NCBI GenBank assembly: GCA_030264375.1 | Contig: JASCQW010000001.1 | Span: 112,953,528-113,017,527 of the forward strand | Length of the DNA stretch: 64,000 nucleotides | Reading direction: 5' to 3' | Origin: Carcharhinus longimanus | Lineage: Eukaryota | In this document: in pieces, positions 25,190 through 36,410 of the stretch | Position numbering within the stretch: the first letter of the stretch is position 1 | How the letters are laid out: every line of letters starts with the position of its first letter | Notes under the pieces: generated by a model | What the model was told of the DNA's origin: nothing | The model's database searches: none | What the model saw: only the letters and a program-made list of their open reading frames with translations | Translations under genes and position numbers: made by a program

Positions 25190-25920
25190 GATTGCTTTGG
25201 GAGAAACATGGACTTTTCCCGTTGGGGGAATAAGTCCCATGGCGGGGGCAAGAATGTGGCATGTTCCCACTGCAGGGACTCAGCAAATCTTCTGGCCCCA
25301 GCCTCATTAATAACACAGATGTTTTACGCCTTATTCCATAGCAGGACAAGCCTGATGGCACGTAGTGCACTGTCCTATCCGATCACCATATTGAAAAGAC
25401 GTCCAATGTCACAAACCCACTATTAAAGAAGATGGATCTCCTGAGAATTAAGATGGATCTCCAGGATTATTCTGAGACCAGAAGACAGACCCACCTCTAG
25501 GACACTGAATCTGGAAGTTGCACTTGTAGAAGCTCCCCGCCCAACTCTCTGGTGTTGTGAGGTCCAGGGTTGCTGTCAACCTCCATCCTGCACTCTGGAG
25601 GCAGCCCCAGGTATTGTTCAGGTGAGTTTGGGCATCTGCATGCCACGTCTTTCTGAACATGTTTTGCACCAGTGTGTTTTCCTGCTGGCACCATGGAGAA
25701 TTGGGCTCACATGGTCGGGCCTTCATCTTTATCCAATTAATGGAATGCAAATTAGTTTCAGTCTTGCATCCAGTGGGTTTCCTGATCTGCCATGGCGGTC
25801 ACCAGTGTGAGATCCCGCTGTAAATCTATGCCAGTGCAAAGCCAATTTTTGAACGTCCCACTGAATTCTATTCTCCCTGCCCCACCTTTGAACCTACTGG
25901 CAGGGACTTGGGAGAAATGA
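25190..25920. mobile_element. Decayed GC-rich non-autonomous DNA element (MITE-like)
   Basis: GC-rich block in AT-rich DNA with degenerate inverted ends (GGACTTTTCCC..AAGTCCCATGGCGG / CTACTGGCAGGGACTTGGGAGAAAT). Confidence 0.45.
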
Positions 25921-26145
25921 CAGCTTCAACAGCATGTCAACTGAAAGACAATTCCTTATTCTGTGTTAGTACAAATCTAATACGTAGCAGAAACAAAACA
26001 ACACATCTGTTACTACCATCCCTACCACAATACTCGTTATACTGAACATTTCCTTTTCCAAAACAACCCAGTGTTGTTCTAATAAGGGAAATACTTTAGC
26101 ACCTGAAAGCCTAAGAACTTCACAGATTATTCTAAAGGATTATAT

Positions 26146-26168
26146 ACACACACACACACACACACACA
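26146..26168. repeat. (CA)n microsatellite
   Basis: About 11 AC units. Confidence 0.9.
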
Positions 26169-28573
26169 AAGCAAGAGCCACACCTGGAACACTTACATTT
26201 AACAAGAAACAGTTCAAAATGACTTCCAGGCAAGCTTTATCAGCAAGTTGTGATTGTGATTATCAGTTTGTTTTTAATCAGTGCTATCTGCACTCCTTGC
26301 ATGTTTATATTTCAATATTTACAGAAGCATATTCACATTTTATCCTTGATATACTGTTAGAAGGGATACAGATTTCAAAAGTTGTGAGAAAGCAGACACC
26401 ATAAAATTCAGCAGTAACAATAACATGTGGCAAAGCAGTATGGACAAACCCTATCAATAATGGTCATAATGCCTGAAATGATTTGGTTATGCTTAACCCA
26501 ACAAAATTTTGCCTTTGGGAGATTCAGTCCAATCTGCACTACATCTAATGAATAAAAAAACCCATATAGTTAACAGTAAAAGCAACATGTGACAAAGCAC
26601 CTTAAGGCTTAAAATTTGGCATAGCATTTTGCATATGAATACTCATCTTTGAAACACGCTAGAGGGTTCCCTGTGTCCCATTCTCTTAACGTGATCCAAA
26701 TCACATTTTAAAATCACATTCTACATATAAGTGATAAATGGTATATATTGTTTAATAAAATGAATAAATAATTTTTAATTTAGTTAATCTTTTATAATTA
26801 TTTAAATGTGAATTAATACATGGTCTGTACCTTTGCCCTATTTTTGCATTAAACCATAATTCTTCATTTTGCAGAACAGTAACTCTATAGTCTGGAAATT
26901 CCTTTGGGTTAACCAGTAAATGTCACTGAATTTTATATGCTGCTTGGAATCTTCAATTCGCGATTTTCCACTTGGATTTGTCATGCCTATTTTCTGAAAT
27001 TTGAAACAACAACTCTTTTCCCCAGGTCTCTACTTCTCCATGGTGACCAGCAGGTCAGTAGAGTGGATATGCAGCAGTGTACATTTTCTCAATTCTGAAA
27101 TCAGCACTGTTTGATTGCATTATTTGTTAGAAGTCTCTCTCTTCACAATAATTTACACATAAGCCCTAGAGATATAGGGATGAGCCAGATTTCTATTGGT
27201 GTTCCCAGGGCGGAGCTGTCCTGTCATTCGAATAAATATTAATGAAGATCATCACATTAATGGTTGAACAGTTATACCAGTTGGGAGGTAACCCTTCACC
27301 ACTGATTTGGAAAGCAAACATTTTATTGCCTTTCCATACAATGATTCTGAATTTCTGATATGAAATATAAAGGAAAATGTGAAATGCAGGATCGGGGAGA
27401 ATTCTGAAGGTAGCTTAACAGCAAAAATAAAATCCTTGTTGATGCAATTCTAAAAAGTAATTTGAATACCAATAAACAATAGAAGCATCAATTTTTCTCT
27501 CAGCATTATCTATCAGAATAAAAGCAAGTGAGCCTCTGGCTTTAATAAAGCTATGAGAAAATTCTGATTATGCTTGTCACCACAGTTTCAATTCTGGTAC
27601 TTAAAGGGTTATCATACAGACACAGCACTGATGTATGGTAGAGATAATGCCACCTTCTGTCTCTTAATCATGCTGTGTCTGTATGCATCTTTCTTAAATG
27701 GCATGAAAGATATTGACCAGGATATTTTATGGCTAAATTCTGCTCAAGCTCAAATGGTAGCCTGCAATGAAAGATACCTTCCTGAAATCTATCAATGCCA
27801 CGTTTTATTGTTGGCTGCCATAGAAACTATATGCAAATTCAGGAAACAGAGTTTTAAAGGTGCAATTTTGAAAAAGACTGTACTGCCTACAAAATAAAAA
27901 TCAATTGCAAACATTTTGTATTGAAATGCGTGCAAGATAAATCTTGAACTGCTGCTAACTTATTTGTTCCTGCCATTGGTAGGGAAGAATTGAATTGTAA
28001 AGATCTTTAGAATCTTTGCCCAATAAACAAGTTTATTTGGCGCCTCCCTTGATTCACATAAGACCTTCCATTGTCTCAATTTGATTTTTCCTTAAGATGT
28101 CAAGATTAGTACTGCTGATCCATTGTTTCATTTTTTTGATTTACAAAAACAAATGTCTTCTTTATATAAAAAGTATTTGAAGAAACCTTTTCTCTTGTAA
28201 GAAGAAACCAATTTAACATGTTGCATTTGTTCAGACATAAATATATATGCTAACAATCAATATAGTTCAAATGTATGACACACCTAAATAGCAATTCCAT
28301 TTACCACATACAAAAACCAAACTAAAGAATCACCATCACCATCAGAAGCACAATTTGATCCAAGGTGCAGTCATTTAAGTCAAATTTTCAAAAGCAATTC
28401 TAATCAGCTCAATTATCTCATCAACACATTTCTAGTAGCTTCTCTACTCAGAGTGAGAGACGTTCACACAGAGATATATAATGATGAGCTGAGGCGCCTG
28501 CCTGGTTTGTAAGGGAGCAGCCCTTCAGCATCCCTTTTCAAAGCTTGCTTGCCACAGTAAATTCCAGTCTTAC

Positions 28574-28651
28574 CTTTTTAGGTCTCTTTCGCTTCTGATT
28601 GTTGTTATTGCACTTATCTCCACCATCACTTTTTTGGGCTTCATCGCTCAT
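28574..28651 (-). CDS. ANK2: Ankyrin-2 (ankyrin-B), first coding exon; the rest of the gene lies beyond position 1
   Basis: ATG in AAAACAATGA context with an in-frame upstream TAA. Encodes MSDEAQKSDGGDKCNNNNQKRKRPKK (26 codons), then a phase-0 AAG|GTAAGA donor. Matches the recalled human ANK2 N-terminus [28 protein letters not shown], which is followed by SDSNASFLRAARAG. That next exon was not found in this window. Confidence 0.9.
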
Positions 28652-28960
28652 TGTTTTCTTTTATATGGTTTTTGCAAAGGACACTGTTCTCCCATCAAAA
28701 TATCTCGACTACACACACCAGACTGAGTGTTCTGTCACTTGCTGGAAGGAGGGGAGGGAGGGGGAGGAGTTGGGTGGGCAAGTATGATGACGTCTCCTTG
28801 GAAGCTGTAGCAACAAAGGTTATCTGAATGTGCTGCCAAACTTTATTTAACCAATTAAAATCAGCCTAGTGAATTAAGCAGAAAGAGAGCCGAGAACAGA
28901 GAGCATTTGCGTTACTACATTACATCTGCCACTTCCTGCTTGTCAACTGCAGCTGAAATA
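28652..28960 (-). promoter_or_regulatory. ANK2: ANK2 5' UTR and proximal promoter
   Basis: Non-repetitive sequence directly upstream of the ATG. Contains a GGAGGGGAGGGAGGGGGAGG tract (~28748-28768), CRE-like TGACGTC (28788-28794), an RFX half-site GTAGCAAC (28807-28814) and ETS-like ACTTCCTG (~28931). Confidence 0.6.
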
Positions 28961-29151
28961 ATTGAATTGTTTTTATACTCAGTATGGAGAGTAAGAGGAG
29001 GATCAAAGCAGTGCAACTATAAAATCAGCATGATGCTTTAGAAAATCAATGTTGTCAACTTTTTTGTTAAATTTATCTTCCTTTCCTTAAAGCACTCTCT
29101 CTCTCTCTCTTCGGGATCCTGTTTTGTGCATACCATTAACTTTCTAGGATT

Positions 29152-29420
29152 GGTGCAGCACGTTGGCACAGTGATTATACTGCTACCTCACAGTGCCAGA
29201 ATTCAAATCTTGGCTTGGGACACTGACTGTGTGGAGTTGGCACATTCTCCCTGTATCTGTGTGAGTTTCCTCCCACAGTCTGAAAGACATGCTGTTGGCC
29301 ATGCTAAATTCTCCTTCATGTACCCGAACAGGTGCCGGAGTGTGGTGATTAGAGGATTTTCATAGTAACTTCATTGCAATATCAATGCAAGTCTACTTGT
29401 GACAGTGATAAATAAACTTA
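29152..29420 (+). mobile_element. HE1-like V-SINE, tail type B
   Basis: tRNA-like head TGGCACAGTG..CTGCTACCTCACAGTGCCAG, V-domain, tail GGATTTTCATAGTAACTTCATTGCA..CTACTTGTGACAG..AATAAAC. Confidence 0.8.
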
Positions 29421-29676
29421 AAAAAGAGCTCACTTGACAATTCATCATATATAAGGTTAGTCAGAATTCGTAAGCTATTGGGTCACTGGTACCATTACAA
29501 GCAAGACCAATCTAAAGTCCCACTTGGTATACTTTCCAGCAGTGGTCACCACATGGTGGTCAGGAATTCCTGGTTGATTTCCCTTTCCTTTCCTAATTTC
29601 AGGACACAAAAGAAAATTGTTCCACTGACTAGGCACAGGCAAGTGATCAAAAGTGGTACCTTTTTAGTCTATGTAT

Positions 29677-29955
29677 TGTTGTGTATATGGTGTCTGTCTC
29701 TTTAAGACAGTACAGCAGAAGGGAGGTTGCCTGACTTGAGGGACCAATGGGAACAAGAAAGTGAGTGATCACCTCCAAGGGTGGAGTCCCCCTCTCAGGC
29801 AGAATCATTGAGCAACCATATAATGGACATGTAAGAACTGGAGCTGGTCCAGGGAAGCCGAGAGATGCAACTCCTGTACCTAGTTTCTCTTATCAATAAA
29901 TACCTTTAGTTCCAGACAAAACCTGAAATCTTGATGACGCAAGAGTACCACTACA
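29677..29955 (+). mobile_element. Solo LTR (~280 bp)
   Basis: TGTTGTG...CACTACA ends, CCAAT, CATATAA and AATAAA. TSD not evident. Confidence 0.6.
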
Positions 29956-30401
29956 TAGTAATGATTCAATCAGATCATTTCAATTCAGCCTTTGGGAGAA
30001 GCTCATTCTGAGATTGTTCATAAGAACATAAGAACATATCTCTATCTCTGCAAATGTTATTTTTACATTAAGGTTTAAAATAATTCTGCCGAAAGCATTG
30101 TTAATCAGAAAAGAGGGACAATGGCATGCAAGAAATATCAAAAGATCACTGAGCAAACATATAATGGACATGTAAGAACTGGAGCTGGTCGAGGGAAGCT
30201 GAGAGATACAACTCCTGTACCTAGTTTCTCTTCTCAATAAATACCTTTTGTTCCAAACAAATACCAAAAGATCACTGCCCCAAAACAGAGTCAAAGAATT
30301 TTATCAAGAATACTCACTCCTGATCTTTATTTGATGAACTCTAATCAAAAAATCTGTCTACTTGGGTAGGAAAGAACAAATCTGCGATGCCCCCAATGTC
30401 A

Positions 30402-30692
30402 TTGGCATAGTAGTTAGCACTGCTGCCTCACAGTGCCAGGGACCCGTGTTCGATTGGGTCACTATTTGTCCAGAGTTTGCACATTCTCCCCAGGTCTGTG
30501 TGGGCTTCCTCTGGGTGCTCTCAATTCCTCCCATAGTCCAAAAAACATGCTGGTTAGATGAATTGGCCATGGTAAGTTCTCCTTCACTGTACCGAACAAA
30601 TGCCAGAGTATGGCGACTAGGGGATTTTCATAGTAACTTCATTGCAGTGTTAATATAAGCCTACTTATGACATTAAGAAATAAACTTTAAAC
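30402..30692 (+). mobile_element. HE1-like V-SINE, tail type B
   Basis: GTTAGCACTGCTGCCTCACAGTGCCAGGGACCCGTGTTCGATT head; GGCGACTAGGGGATTTTCATAGTAACTTCATTGCAGTG tail. Confidence 0.85.
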
Positions 30693-31142
30693 TGTGATGG
30701 CGCACATCTGCTTTAAGTCCACTTGGGTGAAACCCTGTGGGTTGCTGGAACCTGTGGATCAGTTCCCTGTGCAAGTTATTACTTTCAGGAGAGGGCAGGT
30801 AAAACAGAAAAGGGAAACACCTTAGTAGTCTTAAGTATCTGGACTAGATGGATCAAATAAAATAATGCTATTCAAAGGGAGAAATTCCCTACACTTAGGT
30901 CTAAGACAGTGAAGTTCCCAAACATTCTTCTGAATAAATAGCACAGAAATTAGTGTGTGATGACTAATGCTTACACTGGTTGTTCTGTCACTGGAACCTT
31001 GCTTGAATGAAATGATTTATGTCTGGCTGACTGCCTCCTTGGCAGTGGCCCTCAGAAAACATATACAAGGGCCCCAAAGGCCAGTATCAGGTGTCTGCCT
31101 GGGATTCTTAAGATGTGGGCAACAAATTTTGCAGTTGAAACA

Positions 31143-31455
31143 ACAGTGCCAGGGACCCAAGTTCAATTGCAGCCTCGGGTGATGATCTGTGTGGAATTTG
31201 CATGTTTTCCCCATGTCCGTGTGGGTTTCCTCAAGGTGTTCCAGTTTCCCCCACAGTTGCCAGAGATGTCCAAAGATGTGCAAGTGAGGTGGATTGGCTA
31301 AATTGTCTGTTAGTGCACCAAGATGTATAGATTAGTGTGATTAGTGGGGTAAATACATGGGGTTACAGGGATAGGGCCTTGGTGGCATACGCTGTCAGGG
31401 AGTCAGCACTGACTCAATGGGCCAAAGTCTCTTTCTGCACTGTAGGGATTCTCTG
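31143..31455 (+). mobile_element. HE1-like V-SINE, tail type A (CR1-like), 5'-truncated
   Basis: CAGTGCCAGGGACCCAAGTTCAATT, V-domain, then GACTCAATGGGCCAAAG..CTGCACTGTAGGGATTCT. Confidence 0.8.
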
Positions 31456-32075
31456 ATATAAACATCTGGATTGACTGGGTGCAAGCCATCCCATGCTAAG
31501 TTAGCATACGTTGTGACTTTTTAAATTCTATTCTACCCCATTATTTATGCTCAGAGATTTAATACTGACTTAGGTTTATTGTTTTTCTCAACCTGATAAA
31601 GCAACTGAGTAGCAATCCTTGCTCCTTCTAACAATTAGACAGCTGCTGCTAACTCAAATCATTCATGCCGAAATCCTTATTTAATTCTGAGCAGCCCAAA
31701 AGTACACATTTCTTCAATTTAGTTTCAATAATAATTTGGATTCAAGCGACTTAATGGCAGATGGCACTCTGTCATTTTTTGTTGTCTTTCTTCCGTATGG
31801 ATGGCTTGTTAATTAGTGCAAAAGTCGCCAATGAGACTGCAGCGAGGGTCTACTGAGATTTCCCTTATTCTTCCTAATGAGATGCTTCACCGGTTACTCA
31901 GGGCTCCACCATGCTGATGCAGCTGGCTGCCTTCAGCCAGTCCAGAATAATACAAAACCGCCCTGATGTAAACAATGACTTGACAGAGATACCACGAATG
32001 GGCAAGGATTCACGTACACACACATGGCTCCCAGGTATCTTGTAATTATAGTGTCGTGTCAGATGCTGCATGGCT

Positions 32076-32089
32076 GTTACCATGGCAAC
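32076..32089. promoter_or_regulatory. RFX X-box
   Basis: GTTACCATGGCAAC, a near-perfect palindrome matching the RFX consensus GTNRCCATGGYAAC, in unique sequence ~3.4 kb upstream of the ANK2 ATG. Confidence 0.6.
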
Positions 32090-33043
32090 TAGACTCCCTG
32101 CTGGAGTCAATCTGACTGAATAGAATCCTCTGGGATTCCAAGAGGGCTGAGAAGCAAAATCACTGTTTACAAAGAAATGGAGAGGACCTGATGTACAGAT
32201 ATAAACACGCTGAAGAATTATCAGATTGTTTAAAGTATTATTTTTAAATAGAATTCCTCTGGATGTCAATATCGCCTGGTATCAAATTCCAAATTTCTTT
32301 TTTAAAGAATGCATTCATCCCCAATTTCCCCAGGGCACGCTGGTTAATTCATCGAGAAAAACAAGTCAAACTTGAAACAGCGTAAAATCTGTGAAATATG
32401 TTGAGGTTCATCAAACGAGTCCCAAAAATATATGCAGCACTCACATTTCAATGTGGCACGTGGCACACACCCGGAAAAGTTTTGACCTAATGGGCAGGAC
32501 TTTTCAGATCTCCAGGGTTCCCTACCCACTATCGAAAAACTCGTCAGGGATAGCACTTATGCCAATGTCAGCAGCCTTGCTGCTGTTTAACGCTTTGTGG
32601 AGTAACACTTGGCTGGAGATATGACTTCTACCCCAGCAGGCAGAAGTCCTGGCTTAGAGATTTGCTAGCCAATCTGATTGGTTGACAATTCTATAGTCCC
32701 AACAGTGCCACCAGTGGCAGTGCCTACTGCTGGTACGACAGGAAGTCCGCAGTTTATAACTGCTGGAAGCTCAGAATCATTTATGTGTGGGTGCTCTCAT
32801 GGCCAGAACTGCAAGGGAGGTTCCAGGAGATCGGAGGAGGATGGTTGAGTGGGGTGGGATCGGGTTGGAAAGACCAGGAACAGGTAGAAATCTGTAGCGG
32901 GATTTGGACCCATTCAAGAAAGAGAGCTTTGTAACGGAGGCAGCTTCTTTTCCTGCCTGAGGCCCAAACAGGTAATTCTGCCTGACTTCCTCTCCATCTC
33001 TGACCTTTACCTTCCAGCCTAAAAAATGTAGCTGGGCAAGAAA

Positions 33044-33370
33044 GGGCATGGTGGCACAATAGTTAGCACTGCTTCCTCACAGTGCCAGAATCCCGGGTTT
33101 GATTCCAGCCTTGGGTGAGTCTCTTTTCTGTGTTTCCTCCGAGTGCTCCAGTTTTCTCCCATGGGCCATAATGTGTAGTTAAGCGGATTGGCCATGCTAA
33201 ATTGCCCCTTACTGTCTAAAGATGTCTAGGTCAGATGGATGAGCCATGGTAAATGTGTGGGGCCACGGGGATACAACAGGGGAGAGGACCTGGGTAGGAT
33301 ACTCTGACAGAGTGTCGATGGAGACTCAATGGGCTACATGGCCTCTTCTGCAACTGTAAGGATTCTATGA
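33044..33370 (+). mobile_element. HE1-like V-SINE, tail type A
   Basis: GGGCATGGTGGCACAATAGTTAGCACTGC head; ATGGCCTCTTCTGCAACTGTAAGGATTCTATGA tail. Confidence 0.85.
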
Positions 33371-33645
33371 AGCCATAGTATAAAAGTCTGGGATGTACAG
33401 GGTTAATGTGGGACTGAGTACAGAACCTTTCACATCGTGATATAATACAACACATGACCCACACCCAGGGTCAGTGGAGCATTGGACAGAACTATGTGCA
33501 GCAGCAGGTGTGACGACAGTTCCTAGCTTGTACCTTTTAATGTACGTTTGTAAACAGTTCAAAGAGTCAATAAAAAATTAATCTATGTATAATTACAAAG
33601 TCTTCTTTGGGTCTTCTGAACAGTAATCAACAACCTAAATCCTAT

Positions 33646-33950
33646 AGGTGGCATGGTGGCACAGTGGTTTGCACTGCTGCTTCACAGCGCCAGGGACACA
33701 AGCTCAATTCCTAATTTGGGTCACTGTCTGTGTGGAGTCTGCAAGTTTTTCCCGTGTTTGCGTGGTTTTCCACTGGTTTCCTCCCACAGTCCAAAAGTCG
33801 TGCTGGTTAGATGCATTGACCATGCTAAANNNNNNNNNNNNNNNNNNNNNNNNNNNNNNNNNNNNNNNNNNNNNNGGGATTTTCACAGTAACTTCATTGC
33901 AGTGTTAATGTGAGCCTACTTGTGACACTAATAAATAAACTTTAAAACTT
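33646..33950 (+). mobile_element. HE1-like V-SINE, tail type B (contains an N gap)
   Basis: GGTGGCATGGTGGCACAGTGG head; GATTTTCACAGTAACTTCATTGCAGTGTTAATGTGAGCCTACTTGTGACACTAATAAATAAAC tail. Confidence 0.85.
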
Positions 33951-35232
33951 AATTGGCAACTTAAGGGTTTCAATTGGGGCAAGGGTGGGTGGGCCGCTCT
34001 AAACCTCACCCACCACTTGTAAATTTTCAGTTAGATCAGGGTGGGCAGGTAGGTGGCAGCAAGGCCATGCAGGGAATTTTACAGGACCCTTATCCCTGCA
34101 AACCCCCCAGAAAGGGCCCATAAAACCCTTGTCCAACGTGACAATCTATTTAAGTAATAAAATCCTGATTTCCATATTAATAGAAAGAAACAGGCAGTTG
34201 CTTTGGATGTGCAAAGGTAGCTCTATTTGAACAGGGCCCGTTGCAGCTCCACTGTTAATGTTGGCAAAACAGTTGTATATTTACAAAATCCCAGCAGGTT
34301 TTGTCAATTTTCTCTGTCATTGGCCAAAAATTACAATTTCATAACTTTGTCATTGTGACATTGGAACTAACTGTTAATTCAATTATCACATTCACTATAG
34401 TATGGCATGCTTTGATTTATGATATTAATTTCATATTCTTGCAATTACATTTTTTTTTGTATTTCTTCATTTTTCCTTCAGTAGTTATTTCAAAAATTTC
34501 AGCCACTTCACCCTGACAATCATTTTCATTTTCCAAATCCTTCGAGCGAAACTTACATATCAGTTTACATATCATAAAGCCAAACAGCAGCTTTAAAATA
34601 GTTCACAAAACAACAGTAGAGCTGACGATTCAAAACTGTCCCCGAATAATAACAAGTAATTATGCAGAAAGTGCAATGGAACATTGGCTTGTTGCTTAAG
34701 TTGCAGGTAGACCCAGATTGTTCTTTTTACTGGAAGGAAGGTCTAAAGGAAGATACAAGAGTGACAGGTGTAATATTAATTTTCAGCAGGGCTAAGACAG
34801 TGGCTGCTGAAGAATATTCAGAATGTTAATACTTTCCGATGCAAATCCACAACAAACGTAGGCATTGATATTTGATTTTCCTTAAAAAGGATATTTATTT
34901 AATTTTACTTGAAACAACCTATTTGCTGTTTGAGAAATCATTCTTTTTATGTATAATTCAACAATTGTTTCATTCCAGTGCCGAAAATAGTTTATTGCTT
35001 GAAGAAAAAAGTAATCTTTGAAATTTTAAAGTACTTGCCTAACACTAAGTCAATGATTTGAACTCAATCTTATTGACCTCAGGTCATTCTAGTACATTCC
35101 TACAACTAAGAAAAATTTTAGATTAGTAAAATGCTTGTTTTAAATCCTCAGAGTTAATATTACTTCAGATTTCTTGGCTGCCTTTTGAGGATTATTAACA
35201 GGTATGTTAAGCCACGCATCCCACCTTACTTG

Positions 35233-35536
35233 GGTGGCATGGTGGCACAGTGGTTAGCACTGCTGCCTCACAGCACCAGGGACCCCAGTTTGATTTCTGG
35301 CATAGTCTCCGTCTGTACGGAGTCTGCATGTTCTCCCCATGTCTGCGTGGGTTTCCTCTGAGTGCTCCGATTTTCTCCCACAGTCCAAAAGATGTACTGA
35401 TTAGGTACATTGGCCGTGCTAAATTTGCCCTCAGTGTACTGAACAGCTGTCAGAGTGCAGCGACTAGGGGGGTTTCACAGTAACTTCATAGCAGTGTTAA
35501 CATAAGCTTATTTGTGACACTAATAAATAAACTTAA
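35233..35536 (+). mobile_element. HE1-like V-SINE, tail type B
   Basis: GGTGGCATGGTGGCACAGTGGTTAGCACTGCTGCCTCACAG head and type-B tail. A head-only fragment follows at ~35698-35770. Confidence 0.88.
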
Positions 35537-36044
35537 CTATGCTTGTCTCTTGCATTCCTCTAATTTTTTAGTTCAAACTTGGCTTCCCCTTATTCTCCAT
35601 TATCCACTTTCTGCTGTCCTACTATAGAGCTGCATTATAGTGCCTTTAAGGTAGAAAAATGTCCCAAGGTTCTTTCCCTACAGTGTTATAAAGGATGGGT
35701 GGCACAATGATCAGCACTGCTGCCTCATAGCATGAGGAACCCTGTTCGATTCCAGCCCTGGGTGACTATCCTTTAAAGGGTTCTTAAGCGTTGATGTTCT
35801 ATTTCATCAAGGAGCTAATAGGTTGGACCAATTGAATTTCTGATTTTACATGCAAACAACACATCATGGATATTATTCCAAGTTCAACTTCAAGATAAAT
35901 GAAAGCAATGACAAAGCTTTCAACCTAATAGGGGTGAAATATCAGCATTAGTGACACTACCAGCCATGATCAACCCCATATTATTCAAATGGGGTTTATA
36001 ACAGGCTGCCATTTTGGCAAAATTTAAACGTTCTCCCTGTGTTT

Positions 36045-36410
36045 CTTTTATTTATTCATGGGAAATGAGCATTGCTAGCTGGCCAACATTTAGCTCCCAT
36101 CCCTGGTTGCCCTTGAAACTGAATGGCTTGCTAGGCCATTTCAGAGGGCAGGCAAGAATCAACAACATTGCTGTGGCTCTGGAATCACATATAGGTCAGA
36201 CCACATAAAGACGGCAGATTTCCTTCCCTAAAGGACATTAGTGAACCAGATGGAATCGACAATGGTTTCATGGTCATCAGTAGATTTTTAATTTCAGATA
36301 TTTTTTATTGAATTCAAACTCCACCATCTGCCGTGGTGGGATTTGAACCCAGGTCCCCATAATATTAGCTGAGTTTCTGGATTAATAGTCTAGCGATAAT
36401 ACCACTCCGT
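36045..36410 (-). mobile_element. tRNA-derived SINE with a LINE-derived tail
   Basis: Minus-strand head AGTGGTATTATCGCTAGAC..GGGTTCAAATCCCACC (A and B boxes); 3' end GGGCAACCAGGGATGGGAGCTAAATGTTGGCCAGC..CCCATGAATAAAT. Confidence 0.75.
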
